This document shows, piece after piece, positions 35,367 to 46,156 of a stretch of 64,000 bases of DNA (its first letter is position 1; each line of letters starts with the position of its first letter). The notes below the pieces were generated by a model. It had not been told where the DNA came from, made no database searches, and saw only the letters and a list, made by a program, of their open reading frames with translations. The position numbers were made by a program, and so were the translations under genes. Origin of the DNA: an uncultured Chitinophaga sp. (GTDB taxonomy: Bacteria; Bacteroidota; Bacteroidia; UKL13-3); contig CAZRVA010000002.1 of the NCBI GenBank assembly GCA_964603255.1, positions 1,159 to 65,158 of the forward strand, in the 5' to 3' direction.

Positions 35367-37493
35367 GTGGCAACCAACAACAGAAAAGTTATATTAATAC
35401 GTACCTACACCGCATTTGCATTTATGTGTGTGTTTGCTGCTGCTATTATAGCTTACCTGTTTAAAATACAATTTAAAGAGCGCGAACATTGGATTGAATT
35501 AAGCGAAAACCTTAGCACAACCATTCAAACCGTTGAGCCTTCACGCGGAAGTATTTTTGCTATTGATGGTAGTTTATTGGCAACATCATTACCTATTTAT
35601 GATTTGCGATTGGATGGTAAAGCTCCAGGTTTTACCAAAGGTGATATTTTCGAGAATAATGTTGATTCTTTGGCCTTAATGCTCTCTCAATTATTTGAAG
35701 ATAGAAGCAAGGCAGAGTATAAAAGAATTTTAACCAGTGTAAAGAAACGCAAAGACAGGTACTATTTACTTAAACGTAAAGTAAGTTATCCTGAAATGAA
35801 AGCCGTTAAGGAATTTCCAATTTTTAGGCTAGGTAAATATAAAGGCGGATTAACCATTGAAGAGAAAAATAAACGCGAAAAACCTTTTGAATATTTAGCC
35901 GAAAGAACAATTGGTTATAATGTTAGTGGCGTTCAACCTGTGGGTTTGGAAGGTGCATTTAACAAAGACCTAAGCGGTAAAGAGGGTAAACGTGTAATGC
36001 AACGTATTGCAGGTGGTACATGGATTCCGGTAAATGATGAAGAACAAATTGAGGCACGTAACGGTAACGATATTCATACCACAATTGATGTGAATTTACA
36101 AGATGTAGCGACACATGCTTTAATGCGCACATTAGTGAATAATGATGCCGAATGGGGAACTGCAGTTTTGATGGAAGTAAGCACCGGAGAGATTAGAGCA
36201 ATTGCTAACTTAACAAGAGTATCTGAAGGTAAATATACTGAAAAGTATAATTACGCTGTTGGTGAAAGTTTAGAGCCTGGTTCAACATTTAAGTTGGCTA
36301 GTTCTTTGGCTTTGTTAGAAGATAAAAAAGTAAAAATGACCGACATGTTTGACACCGAAAATGGTGAAAAACGCTACTTCGCAAATGCTGTAATGTATGA
36401 TAGTGAAAAGGGTGGTCATGGTGTGGTTACTTTCCAACATGCATTCGAAATTTCATCAAACGTTGCCATATCAAAGGCAGTATATCAAAACTACAAAAAC
36501 AATCCTGTTCAGTATTACAATCATTTAGATAGACTTCATTTTACTAATCCTTTAGGCCTACAAATTATGGGCGAAGGAAAACCAAGAATTAAACATCCTA
36601 AAGATAAAGATTGGTACGGTACAACTTTACCATGGAGCAGCATTGGTTATGAAGTGAAGGTAACACCATTACAAGTATTAACCTTATACAATGCTGTTGC
36701 AAATAATGGCAAAATGGTTAAGCCACTTTTTGTAAAACGTATTACAAACACAGGTAAAGTAATTAAAGAGTTTAAACCAGAAGTAATAGAAGAAAGTATT
36801 GCATCACCAGAAACCATTAAAAACTTACGCATTATGATGGAAGGTGTGGTTGAACGCGGAACAGGAAGTAAACTTAAAAATCCAAACTATAGTGTAGGCG
36901 GAAAAACAGGAACAGCCCTTGTTGCTGATGGAAGAAGAGGTTACGCACAAACTATTTATCGTTCTTCATTCTGCGGATATTTTCCGGCTAATAACCCTCA
37001 ATATACTTGTATTGTAATGGTAAATGCTCCAAGCAAAGGTGTTTATTATGGCGGTGCTGTTGCAGGACCGGTATTTAAAGAAATTGCAGATAAAGTATAT
37101 GCCAATAGCCACAATTTACATGGCGATATCAAATTGGTTTTAAATCAAACCAACCCTGCCCCTACTGTAATAAAAAACGCGCATAAACAACATTTACAAA
37201 CTGCGTTAACTGTATTAGGTAAGGAAACAAAACAAGCTGATTCTGTTGAGGAAAATGGTAGTGAGTGGGCACAAGCTGTGATGTCTGATAAAGATGCAAA
37301 ACTGTTGCCTAAAACCATTAATAAAAACTACATGCCGGATGTAACAGGCATGGGTTTAAAAGATGCTGTTTACCTACTTGAGAATAATGGATTAAAGGTT
37401 GAAGTGATTGGTTTTGGTAAAGTAAAAGAACAATCGATACCGGTAGGAAGCACATTGGTAAAAGGAAGTAAAGTAACCATAAAATTAGGCTAA
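35367..37493 (+). CDS. ftsI: Penicillin-binding protein 3 (FtsI) with C-terminal PASTA domain
   Basis: 708 aa with a GTG start. Transpeptidase motifs STFK, SSN and KTGT; C-terminal PDVTGMGLKDAVYLLENNGLKVEVIG...GSKVTIKL is PASTA-like. Confidence 0.9.
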   Translation: MATNNRKVILIRTYTAFAFMCVFAAAIIAYLFKIQFKEREHWIELSENLSTTIQTVEPSRGSIFAIDGSLLATSLPIYDLRLDGKAPGFTKGDIFENNVDSLALMLSQLFEDRSKAEYKRILTSVKKRKDRYYLLKRKVSYPEMKAVKEFPIFRLGKYKGGLTIEEKNKREKPFEYLAERTIGYNVSGVQPVGLEGAFNKDLSGKEGKRVMQRIAGGTWIPVNDEEQIEARNGNDIHTTIDVNLQDVATHALMRTLVNNDAEWGTAVLMEVSTGEIRAIANLTRVSEGKYTEKYNYAVGESLEPGSTFKLASSLALLEDKKVKMTDMFDTENGEKRYFANAVMYDSEKGGHGVVTFQHAFEISSNVAISKAVYQNYKNNPVQYYNHLDRLHFTNPLGLQIMGEGKPRIKHPKDKDWYGTTLPWSSIGYEVKVTPLQVLTLYNAVANNGKMVKPLFVKRITNTGKVIKEFKPEVIEESIASPETIKNLRIMMEGVVERGTGSKLKNPNYSVGGKTGTALVADGRRGYAQTIYRSSFCGYFPANNPQYTCIVMVNAPSKGVYYGGAVAGPVFKEIADKVYANSHNLHGDIKLVLNQTNPAPTVIKNAHKQHLQTALTVLGKETKQADSVEENGSEWAQAVMSDKDAKLLPKTINKNYMPDVTGMGLKDAVYLLENNGLKVEVIGFGKVKEQSIPVGSTLVKGSKVTIKLG

Positions 37494-37500
37494 AAATTTA

Positions 37501-38961
37501 ATGAAAACGATACAACAACTAACACAAGCTATTCCTGATGCACAAGTAATTGGCAATGCAAATACTACTGTGCTTCATCTAACCTACGATTCTCGTATGG
37601 TTGGTGAAGGCTCGTTGTTTTTTGCTGTTAAAGGAACACAAGTTGATGGTCATAAATACATAGCTGATGTTATAGAAAAAGGCGCTGCCGCCATTGTATG
37701 CGAAGTATTGCCTGATACATTAGACGAAACAGTTACTTATATTAAAGTAAGCAACACAAGCGAAGCCATGGGTTTAATGGCTGCTGAGTTTTATGATCAT
37801 CCTTCAAAAAAATTAAAACTTACTGCCATAACCGGAACCAATGGAAAAACAACTGTAGCAACTTTGTTATTCCGTTTATTCCGTTCATTTGGTCACAACG
37901 TAGGTTTACTCTCTACCGTTCAAAATCAGATTAACGAAACCGTAATTCCTTCAACACATACCACACCTGATAGTATCAGAATAAATGAACTTTTAGAGCA
38001 CATGGTTGATGAAGGTTGCGAGTATGCTTTTATGGAAGCAAGTTCTCACGCCATACATCAAAACCGCATTAAAGGTTTACATTTTGCCGGAACAGTTTTC
38101 TCAAACATCACCCATGATCATTTAGATTATCATGGCACATTTAGCAACTACATCAATGCTAAAAAGAAGTTGTTTGATGATGTGAATGAGGATGCTTTTG
38201 CATTAACCAATAAAGACGATAAAAACGGTCTAGTGATGTTGCAAAACACTAAAGCAACTCGCTACACCTACAGCCTAAAAGCCATGGCCGATTTTAAAGC
38301 CAAGATTTTAGAAAGTGATTTTTCGGGCATGTTGTTAAACATTGACGAACAAGAAGCTTGGTTTAGGTTAGTGGGCAACTTTAATGCATACAACATTTTA
38401 GCTGTTTATGGCACTGCGTTTTTGTTAGGAAAGGAAAAAACAGAAATCATTAAACACCTCAGCAATATTGAGGCTGTTAAAGGAAGATTTGAATACGTAA
38501 GAAGTAAAGATGGTGTTATTGCCATTGTTGATTATGCACACACACCTGATGCGTTAAAAAATATTTTAGATACCATTAACGAAATCCGTACACAAAACGA
38601 ACAACTAATAACTGTTATTGGTTGTGGCGGAAACAGAGATGCAGCAAAACGTCCGGTTATGGCTGATATAGCCACGGAATACAGCAACAAAGTAATCTTT
38701 ACAAGTGATAATCCGAGAGACGAAAACCCGGAAACCATTTTAGATGAAATGCAAAAAGGAGTTAAACCATTGCACTTCAAAAAAACACTTCGCATTACCG
38801 ATAGAAAGGAAGCAATTAAAGCTGCGATTTCAAATGCAAACAAAGGCGACATCATTCTGGTAGCTGGTAAAGGGCACGAAAACTACCAGGAAATTAAAGG
38901 AGTTAAACACCACTTTGATGATAAAGAAACAGTACTTGAATTATTTGAATTAATGAGATAA
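37501..38961 (+). CDS. murE: UDP-N-acetylmuramoyl-L-alanyl-D-glutamate--2,6-diaminopimelate ligase
   Basis: 486 aa with the Mur ligase P-loop ITGTNGKTT and [10 protein letters not shown] (DNPR motif). Confidence 0.9.
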   Translation: MKTIQQLTQAIPDAQVIGNANTTVLHLTYDSRMVGEGSLFFAVKGTQVDGHKYIADVIEKGAAAIVCEVLPDTLDETVTYIKVSNTSEAMGLMAAEFYDHPSKKLKLTAITGTNGKTTVATLLFRLFRSFGHNVGLLSTVQNQINETVIPSTHTTPDSIRINELLEHMVDEGCEYAFMEASSHAIHQNRIKGLHFAGTVFSNITHDHLDYHGTFSNYINAKKKLFDDVNEDAFALTNKDDKNGLVMLQNTKATRYTYSLKAMADFKAKILESDFSGMLLNIDEQEAWFRLVGNFNAYNILAVYGTAFLLGKEKTEIIKHLSNIEAVKGRFEYVRSKDGVIAIVDYAHTPDALKNILDTINEIRTQNEQLITVIGCGGNRDAAKRPVMADIATEYSNKVIFTSDNPRDENPETILDEMQKGVKPLHFKKTLRITDRKEAIKAAISNANKGDIILVAGKGHENYQEIKGVKHHFDDKETVLELFELMR

Positions 38962-38971
38962 AAACCAACTT

Positions 38972-40240
38972 ATGTTATACTACTTATTCGACTATTTAGA
39001 CAAACAATTTGATTTTCCGGGAGCAGGAATGTTTCAATACATTTCATTCCGTGCTGCGTTGGCAATCATTTTGTCGTTAATCATTACCACAGTTTTTGGT
39101 AAACGATTAATAAATATGTTACGTAATTTACAAGTTGCAGAAACAGTACGTAACCTTGGCTTAGCAGGTGAAAGTCAAAAACAAGGCACACCAACAATGG
39201 GCGGTTTAATTATACTTGGTGCTATTGTTTTACCAACTTTACTGTTTGCGCGTTTATCTAATGTTTATATCATACTTATTCTTATCTCTACTGTTTGGTT
39301 AGGTTTAGTTGGTTTTTTAGATGATTACATCAAAGTATTCAAGAAAAACAAAGAAGGACTTGCAGGAAGATTTAAAGTATTAGGTCAGGTTGGTTTAGGT
39401 GTAATTGTAGCAACTACTTTATATTACAACCAACACGTTAAAACCAGAAATTTCTATCATCCAAAAGAAGTAACTGCACAGTTTATTCAAGAGCATAACT
39501 TACAACCAACTATAGTTGATAATCAAATGATGTTGGCAGAAGATGTAAGGTCAACAATCACTACAATTCCTTTCTTTAAATCAGCTTATTTTGATTATGC
39601 AGACTTACTAAAGTTTGTTGGTGAAAGCTATAAAGACTACAACTTTTTGATTTATTTAATTGTGGTAATTTTCATTATTACTGCTGTTTCAAATGGTGCA
39701 AACATTACAGATGGTATTGATGGTTTAGCAGCTGGTACATCAGCCATTATTGGTGTAACCTTAGGCATTTTAGCTTACCTATCGGGCAATATGGTATTTA
39801 GTAAATACCTAAACATTATGTACATACCACACCTTGGCGAGATGGTAATTTTTGCAGGTGCATTTGTTGGTGCTTGCGTTGGCTTTTTATGGTACAACAG
39901 CTACCCTGCACAAGTATTTATGGGCGATACCGGAAGTTTAGCTTTGGGTGGAATTATAGCTTCGTTCAGTTTAATGATTCGCAAAGAATTATTGATTCCT
40001 ATTTTATGCGGCATCTTTTTAATTGAAAACCTATCGGTAATTCTTCAGGTGTATTATTTCAAATACCAAAAAAGAAAACATGGTATTGAGTACGCAAGAG
40101 AGCATCGTTTATTCAAGATGTCTCCACTACATCATCACTACCAAAAAAGCGGATACCACGAAGCAAAAATTGTAACACGCTTTTGGATTATAGGAATTTT
40201 ATTGGCCATTGTAACAGTAATAACTTTAAAAGTTAGATAA
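38972..40240 (+). CDS. mraY: Phospho-N-acetylmuramoyl-pentapeptide transferase
   Basis: 422 aa, polytopic: [28 protein letters not shown]. Confidence 0.9.
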   Translation: MLYYLFDYLDKQFDFPGAGMFQYISFRAALAIILSLIITTVFGKRLINMLRNLQVAETVRNLGLAGESQKQGTPTMGGLIILGAIVLPTLLFARLSNVYIILILISTVWLGLVGFLDDYIKVFKKNKEGLAGRFKVLGQVGLGVIVATTLYYNQHVKTRNFYHPKEVTAQFIQEHNLQPTIVDNQMMLAEDVRSTITTIPFFKSAYFDYADLLKFVGESYKDYNFLIYLIVVIFIITAVSNGANITDGIDGLAAGTSAIIGVTLGILAYLSGNMVFSKYLNIMYIPHLGEMVIFAGAFVGACVGFLWYNSYPAQVFMGDTGSLALGGIIASFSLMIRKELLIPILCGIFLIENLSVILQVYYFKYQKRKHGIEYAREHRLFKMSPLHHHYQKSGYHEAKIVTRFWIIGILLAIVTVITLKVR

Positions 40241-40247
40241 GATAAAA

Positions 40248-41594
40248 ATGAGCAAACGAATAGTAATATTAGGCAGTGGCGAAAGCGGAACAGGCGCAGC
40301 AATGCTTGCTAAAAAGCAAGGGTTTGATGTGTTTGTATCTGACAAAGGCCTTATACCTGACAACTTTAAAAAAGAGTTGAATGCTATTGGTGTGCCATTT
40401 GAAGAAGGCAACCATACCAATGAGTTGGTTTTAAATGCCGATGAAATTATTAAAAGCCCTGGCATACCGGATGAAAACCCGCTGGTAACTGCTGCAAGGC
40501 AAAAAGGAATTAATGTTATAAACGAATTAGAATTTGCTGCACGTTATACCAAGGCTAAAATTATAGGTATTACAGGAACTAACGGCAAAACCACAACAAC
40601 TAGTTTAGTTTATCACTTATTACAAACCGCAGGATTAGATGTGGCTTGCGGTGGTAATATTGGAACAAGCCTTGCAAGATTATTAACCGAACGTGATTAC
40701 GAATATTTAGTTTTAGAAATCAGCAGTTTTCAGTTGGATAACATGTACAATTTTAAAGCTGACATAGCTGTGTTGTGCAACATTACACCCGATCACTTAG
40801 ACCGTTACCAATATAACCTACAAAATTATGTAGATGCGAAATTCCGCATCACACAAAATCAAACCGAAAACGATGTATTTATTTATTGTGCCGAAGATGA
40901 GATCACAGTGAATAACATCAATAAATATACTATTCATGCCAAACATATTCCATTTGCATATGATAAAAACTTAGCAATTGGCGCACATGTTAGCAACGGT
41001 CAAATTATATCAAATATTTCTTCAGAAAATCTAAATCCATTTACTATGTATATTAACGAACTAGCACTTAAAGGTCGCCACAATGCCTACAATTCAATGG
41101 CGGCTGCCATCATTGGCCAAGTACTAAACATTCGCAAAGAATCAATCCGCGAAAGTTTAATCAGCTTCCAAAATGTAGAACATCGCTTAGAAAGCGTAAT
41201 TACCAGCGGAGGTGTTGAGTACATCAACGATTCTAAAGCAACCAACGTAAACTCAACATGGTATGCGCTAGAAAGTATGGAAAAACCAACAGTTTGGATT
41301 GCCGGTGGTGTTGACAAAGGCAACGACTACTCTTTATTAAAAGAGATGGTAAAAGAAAAAGTACGCATTATTGTTTGCTTAGGTTTAGATAACAGAAAAT
41401 TACATGAGGCATTTGGTGCCGATGTAGACATGATTATCAACACCACAAGCATGGCAGAAGCTGTGCATGTAGCAAAACAAATGGCTAAAAAAGGAGAAGC
41501 AGTTTTACTTTCTCCGGCTTGTGCATCTTTTGATTTATTTAAAAACTACGAAGACAGAGGTCGTCAGTTTAAAAAAGCTGTTCGCGATTTGTAA
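40248..41594 (+). CDS. murD: UDP-N-acetylmuramoylalanine--D-glutamate ligase
   Basis: 448 aa: [28 protein letters not shown]. Confidence 0.9.
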   Translation: MSKRIVILGSGESGTGAAMLAKKQGFDVFVSDKGLIPDNFKKELNAIGVPFEEGNHTNELVLNADEIIKSPGIPDENPLVTAARQKGINVINELEFAARYTKAKIIGITGTNGKTTTTSLVYHLLQTAGLDVACGGNIGTSLARLLTERDYEYLVLEISSFQLDNMYNFKADIAVLCNITPDHLDRYQYNLQNYVDAKFRITQNQTENDVFIYCAEDEITVNNINKYTIHAKHIPFAYDKNLAIGAHVSNGQIISNISSENLNPFTMYINELALKGRHNAYNSMAAAIIGQVLNIRKESIRESLISFQNVEHRLESVITSGGVEYINDSKATNVNSTWYALESMEKPTVWIAGGVDKGNDYSLLKEMVKEKVRIIVCLGLDNRKLHEAFGADVDMIINTTSMAEAVHVAKQMAKKGEAVLLSPACASFDLFKNYEDRGRQFKKAVRDL

Positions 41595-41616
41595 TAATTA
41601 AGTTGATTAGTGTAGC

Positions 41617-42813
41617 ATGACAACTTGGGAAAAAATTCGTCCGCGCGGTGACATGTTCATGTGGATGGTCATCTTTATACTCTCTATTTGGGGACTGTTG
41701 GCTATTTACAGTAGTACAGGTGCGCTTGCGTATAAAAAGAATGGCGGTGCAGTGGAACTTTATCTATTGCAACAAGCCGGACTTTTAACTGCCGGATTTT
41801 TTATCATGTTTATTGTGCATTCTATTCACTATAAATACTTCATCAGTTTATCAAAATTAGCTATTTGGATTACTTACCCCTTATTAATATACACCTTAAT
41901 TTTTGGCATTGAAATTAACGGTGCACGTAGATGGATTAATTTATTTGGGGTAACTTTTCAAGCGTCTGATTTTGCCAAACTGGCCATTGTAATGTTTGTT
42001 ACACGAGAGCTTGCACGCAAACAAGATACAATTGATGATTTTAAAAAAACCTTTTTACCCATACTTGGCCACATTACAGCCATTTGTATTTTAATTGCTC
42101 CCGAAAACTTAAGTACAGCAATGGTGCTATTTGCCACTTGCTTCTTAATTCTGTTTATCGGTAGGGTTAAAATTAAACACCTTGCATTAATAACAGGGGT
42201 GGTGATGGTGGCCGGAATTCTATTTTTCACCTTATTATTTGTTGCTCCCGAAAGTGCTTTAAAAGGCAGGATGCTTACTTGGAAAAACCGTGTTGAATCA
42301 TTCGGAAAACAAGAAACTGATGCTGATAAAACCTACCAAAACGACCACGCAAAAATTGCAATAGCAACAGGTGGCATTTTTGGAAAATTTCCTGGCAATA
42401 GTGTAGAACGTAACTTTTTACCCGAAGCCTATTCGGATTTTATTTACGCCATTATTGCTGAAGAATATGGTTTGATTGGAGCTTTGGTTATGTTGATGTT
42501 GTACATGTTTTTCTTGTACCGAGCCATACGAATTGTGTTGCGCAGCCCTAAAGCATTTGGAGCACTAATAGCCGTTGGTTTAAGTTTCTCGTTGGTGCTT
42601 CAAGCCCTAATAAATATGGCGGTAGCAGTAAACTTATTTCCAGTTACAGGTTTAACCTTACCATTGGTAAGTAAAGGTGGTACATCCATATTATTAACTT
42701 CTGTAGCCTTTGGTGTAATTATGAGTGTAAGCAGATATGTAGAAGAAGACGAACCAGAAGGAAAAGAAGATTTAAATGTAGAATCAACCCAAAACACCAT
42801 ACAAAGTACATAG
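41617..42813 (+). CDS. ftsW: Peptidoglycan glycosyltransferase FtsW (SEDS family)
   Basis: 398 aa, about 10 TM helices, FtsW/RodA/SpoVE signature (SDFIYAIIAEEYGLIG, LPLVSKGGTS). Confidence 0.85.
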   Translation: MTTWEKIRPRGDMFMWMVIFILSIWGLLAIYSSTGALAYKKNGGAVELYLLQQAGLLTAGFFIMFIVHSIHYKYFISLSKLAIWITYPLLIYTLIFGIEINGARRWINLFGVTFQASDFAKLAIVMFVTRELARKQDTIDDFKKTFLPILGHITAICILIAPENLSTAMVLFATCFLILFIGRVKIKHLALITGVVMVAGILFFTLLFVAPESALKGRMLTWKNRVESFGKQETDADKTYQNDHAKIAIATGGIFGKFPGNSVERNFLPEAYSDFIYAIIAEEYGLIGALVMLMLYMFFLYRAIRIVLRSPKAFGALIAVGLSFSLVLQALINMAVAVNLFPVTGLTLPLVSKGGTSILLTSVAFGVIMSVSRYVEEDEPEGKEDLNVESTQNTIQST

Positions 42814-42815
42814 TT

Positions 42816-43919
42816 ATGATTGATGTAAACAAAAAATACAAAGTGGTAATAAGCGGTGGCGGAACAGGTGGACACATCTATCCGGCTGTTGCTGTTGCGC
42901 AAGGTTTACAGCGTAAACTTCCTAACGTAGAAATTTTATTTGTTGGTGCCGAGGACCGCATGGAAATGGAAAAAGTTCCGAAGGCGGGATACAAAATAAT
43001 TGGTTTGTGGATTAGCGGATTTCAACGCAGCTTAAGTCCTAAAAATTTACTATTCCCATTTAAAGTTTTAAGCAGTGTGATAAAAAGTTTAAACATTATT
43101 AAAGAGTTTAAACCCGATGTGGCGATAGGTTTTGGAGGTTATGCAAGTGGTGCTATGTTGTATGCGGCTACCTTAAAAAAACTACCAACAGTTATTCACG
43201 AGCAAAACTCTTACGCAGGTATTACCAATAAAGTATTAAAAAACAGGGTTGATACCATTTGTGTTGCATACGATAACATGAGTAAGTTTTTCCCTGAAAG
43301 AAAATTAATCAAAACAGGCAATCCTATTCGTCAGGATTTAATGCAAGTAGAAGGTTTAAGAGAACAAGCCTACAAGCACTTTAGCCTATCACCCAATAAA
43401 AAAACGGTATTGGTCATTGGTGGTAGTTTAGGTGCAAGAACCATTAACGAAAGCATACTTTTGGGATTAAATAAATTTAGCGAAAACGGTGTGCAACTGT
43501 TGTGGCAAACAGGTAAAAACTTTGCTGCCGCAAAAGAAGTAAACCAACCAGGGGTTAACGTGCAGCAATTTATTTACGAAATGAATTTAGCCTACGCAGT
43601 TGCTGATGTCGTAATTTCAAGAGCAGGAGCTTTAAGTATTGCAGAACTTGCCCAAGTTAAAAAGCCTGTAATATTGGTTCCATCTCCAAACGTTGCAGAA
43701 GATCATCAAACAAAAAATGCAATGGCATTGGTAGAGCGAGAAGCTGCTATATTAGTTAAAGATAATGACGCCAAACAAATACTTGTTGATGAGTGCATGT
43801 TGTTAGTTAAAAACGAAGCCAAACAAGTTCAACTTAAAAACAACATTACTTCTTTTTCTATGCCTGATGCAGCGGATAGAATTGTGACAGAAGTTTTGCG
43901 TGTAATTGAAGAACGTTAA
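42816..43919 (+). CDS. murG: UDP-N-acetylglucosamine--N-acetylmuramyl-(pentapeptide) pyrophosphoryl-undecaprenol GlcNAc transferase
   Basis: 367 aa: ISGGGTGGHIYPA, GGSLGAR, AEDHQTKNA. Confidence 0.9.
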   Translation: MIDVNKKYKVVISGGGTGGHIYPAVAVAQGLQRKLPNVEILFVGAEDRMEMEKVPKAGYKIIGLWISGFQRSLSPKNLLFPFKVLSSVIKSLNIIKEFKPDVAIGFGGYASGAMLYAATLKKLPTVIHEQNSYAGITNKVLKNRVDTICVAYDNMSKFFPERKLIKTGNPIRQDLMQVEGLREQAYKHFSLSPNKKTVLVIGGSLGARTINESILLGLNKFSENGVQLLWQTGKNFAAAKEVNQPGVNVQQFIYEMNLAYAVADVVISRAGALSIAELAQVKKPVILVPSPNVAEDHQTKNAMALVEREAAILVKDNDAKQILVDECMLLVKNEAKQVQLKNNITSFSMPDAADRIVTEVLRVIEER

Positions 43920-43929
43920 AAATTTAAAG

Positions 43930-45336
43930 ATGAATTTTAAAGACATAAAACAGGTTTATTTTTTAGGCATTGGCGGCATTGGCATGAGTGCTATTGCAAG
44001 GTATTTTAATACCCTAAATATTCCTGTTATGGGCTATGATAAAACAGAAACCGAGTTAACAAAAGCATTGGTTAACGAAGGCATTAAAGTTCATTATAAC
44101 GATTTAGGAAGTGAACTTGCCAACTATGGTTTTAATAAAAATAACTTGTTGGTGGTACTTACTCCTGCCATCCCAAAAAATCATGAAGAGTTCAATTGGT
44201 TCCTACAAAATGAGTTTACCATATTAAAACGCTCGCAGGTTTTGGGTGTAATTACTGATGCTTACAAAACAGCCGGGATTGCCGGAACTCATGGAAAAAC
44301 CACCACTTCTACCCTACTCGCTCATGTTTTAAAACAAAGTAAAGTTGATTGTGCAGCATTTTTAGGTGGCATATCTACCAACTACAACAGCAATTTATTA
44401 TTACATCACCCAACAGAAAATGTTACATCAACCCAAAACCAATTAATGGTGGTTGAGGCTGATGAATTTGACCGTTCGTTTTTAACCTTACATCCTAGTA
44501 TTGGAGTAATTACTTCAACAGATGCCGATCATTTGGATATTTATGGTGAACACGATGCACTAAAAAAATCGTTTGCTGATTATGCCTCACAAGTGCGTGA
44601 TGTTTTATTTATAAAAAAAGAACTTGATTTATACAACGATTTAGTAGCCAAAGATCAATCGGGTAGGGTAAAATCATACAGCATAAAACAACAAGCCGAT
44701 GTGTATGCAAACAACATTAACATAGTTGGCGATACGTATTATTTTGATTTACATGCTGGTGATGTAAAACTTGAAAAATTACATTTAGGGATACCAGGAT
44801 TACATAATGTAGAAAATACAGTTGCAGCCTCAGCAGCAGCTTTACATGCAGGTGTAAGTGCAGAAGAATTGAAACTTGCTTTAGCATCATTTAAAGGTGT
44901 AAAACGCAGGTTTGAATACATCATCAAACAACCTAATTTAGTTTATATTGATGACTATGCACATCACCCAACAGAGTTAGAAGCCATTATTGGATCGGTA
45001 AAAAAAATGTATGCAGGTAAAAATGTATTGGCTATTTTTCAACCACATTTATACAGCCGCACACGCGATTTTGTAGATGGATTTGCAGAAAGTCTTTCTT
45101 TAGCTGATGAAGTAATTTTATTGGATATCTACCCGGCAAGAGAATTGCCAATTGAAGGAGTTACATCAAAAATAATTTTTGATAAAATTACGGTGAACAA
45201 TAAAATACTTTGTAAAAAAGAGGAGTTATTATCTATAATCAAAACCAAAAACATTGAAGTGATTTTAACACTTGGTGCAGGTGATATTGATACGTTGATA
45301 GAACCAATAAAAAACTATTTAAAAACAATTAACTAA
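43930..45336 (+). CDS. murC: UDP-N-acetylmuramate--L-alanine ligase
   Basis: FLGIGGIGMSAIA and GIAGTHGKTTT. ATG 43930, 10 nt after the murG stop, is preferred over the TTG 43906 ORF start that overlaps murG. Confidence 0.9.
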   Translation: MNFKDIKQVYFLGIGGIGMSAIARYFNTLNIPVMGYDKTETELTKALVNEGIKVHYNDLGSELANYGFNKNNLLVVLTPAIPKNHEEFNWFLQNEFTILKRSQVLGVITDAYKTAGIAGTHGKTTTSTLLAHVLKQSKVDCAAFLGGISTNYNSNLLLHHPTENVTSTQNQLMVVEADEFDRSFLTLHPSIGVITSTDADHLDIYGEHDALKKSFADYASQVRDVLFIKKELDLYNDLVAKDQSGRVKSYSIKQQADVYANNINIVGDTYYFDLHAGDVKLEKLHLGIPGLHNVENTVAASAAALHAGVSAEELKLALASFKGVKRRFEYIIKQPNLVYIDDYAHHPTELEAIIGSVKKMYAGKNVLAIFQPHLYSRTRDFVDGFAESLSLADEVILLDIYPARELPIEGVTSKIIFDKITVNNKILCKKEELLSIIKTKNIEVILTLGAGDIDTLIEPIKNYLKTIN

Positions 45337-45344
45337 GTACGTTA

Positions 45345-46151
45345 ATGGCATTTGATAAACATAAATTTTTAAACAAGGCTAAGAAGATTGGCTATGTAAC
45401 ACTTTGGTTGGTGTTAGTGGCCGGACTTTTTGTGAGTCTTGCGTTTATCAACAAACAAGAAAAAGCAACAACTTGTACAGAAATAAATGTACATATCGAA
45501 CCAACCGAAGCAGCCTATTTTGTTGATCGGGAAATGGTGCTAAAAACCATACGAAAAGATGGTAATGAAAATAAGATAATAGGTATACCTATTAACAGCA
45601 TTGGAATACCTTGGTTAGAAAATAAACTTCGCAACAATCCGATGGTAAAAACTGCACAAGTGTATACAGATATGAACGGTAGGTTAAATATCCACATACA
45701 ACAACGCAGACCCATTTTACGTGTATTGAATGCTTTTGGTGAAGGTTTTTACCTTGATGAAGATGGTTTAAAAATGCCCTTATCGCCTGATTACACAGCA
45801 CATGTACCCGTGGCCAATGGGTTTATATTTGAACATGGTGAAGGCAGAGACACAGCAAAAACTGAGACTTTACGCCAATTGCATAAGATAGCCACATATG
45901 TTGATAAAGATACTTTTTGGAACGCGCAGATAGAACAGATATTTGTTACAGCCGAAAGTGAGTTTACGCTTATTCCGAATATAGGCAATCAAACAATACA
46001 TTTTGGCGATGCTACAGATACTGAAGATAAGTTTAACCGATTGATGCTCTTTTACAAAGAAGCCATGAATCGAGTAGGCTGGGAAACGTACAGTAGCATT
46101 ACGGTAAAGTATAAGAATCAAATTGTTTGTAAAAAGAAAAATAACCCATAG
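45345..46151 (+). CDS. ftsQ: Cell division protein FtsQ
   Basis: 268 aa with an N-terminal TM anchor (VTLWLVLVAGLFVSLAFI), POTRA-like domain, and position between murC and ftsA. Confidence 0.75.
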   Translation: MAFDKHKFLNKAKKIGYVTLWLVLVAGLFVSLAFINKQEKATTCTEINVHIEPTEAAYFVDREMVLKTIRKDGNENKIIGIPINSIGIPWLENKLRNNPMVKTAQVYTDMNGRLNIHIQQRRPILRVLNAFGEGFYLDEDGLKMPLSPDYTAHVPVANGFIFEHGEGRDTAKTETLRQLHKIATYVDKDTFWNAQIEQIFVTAESEFTLIPNIGNQTIHFGDATDTEDKFNRLMLFYKEAMNRVGWETYSSITVKYKNQIVCKKKNNP

Positions 46152-46156
46152 CTGCC

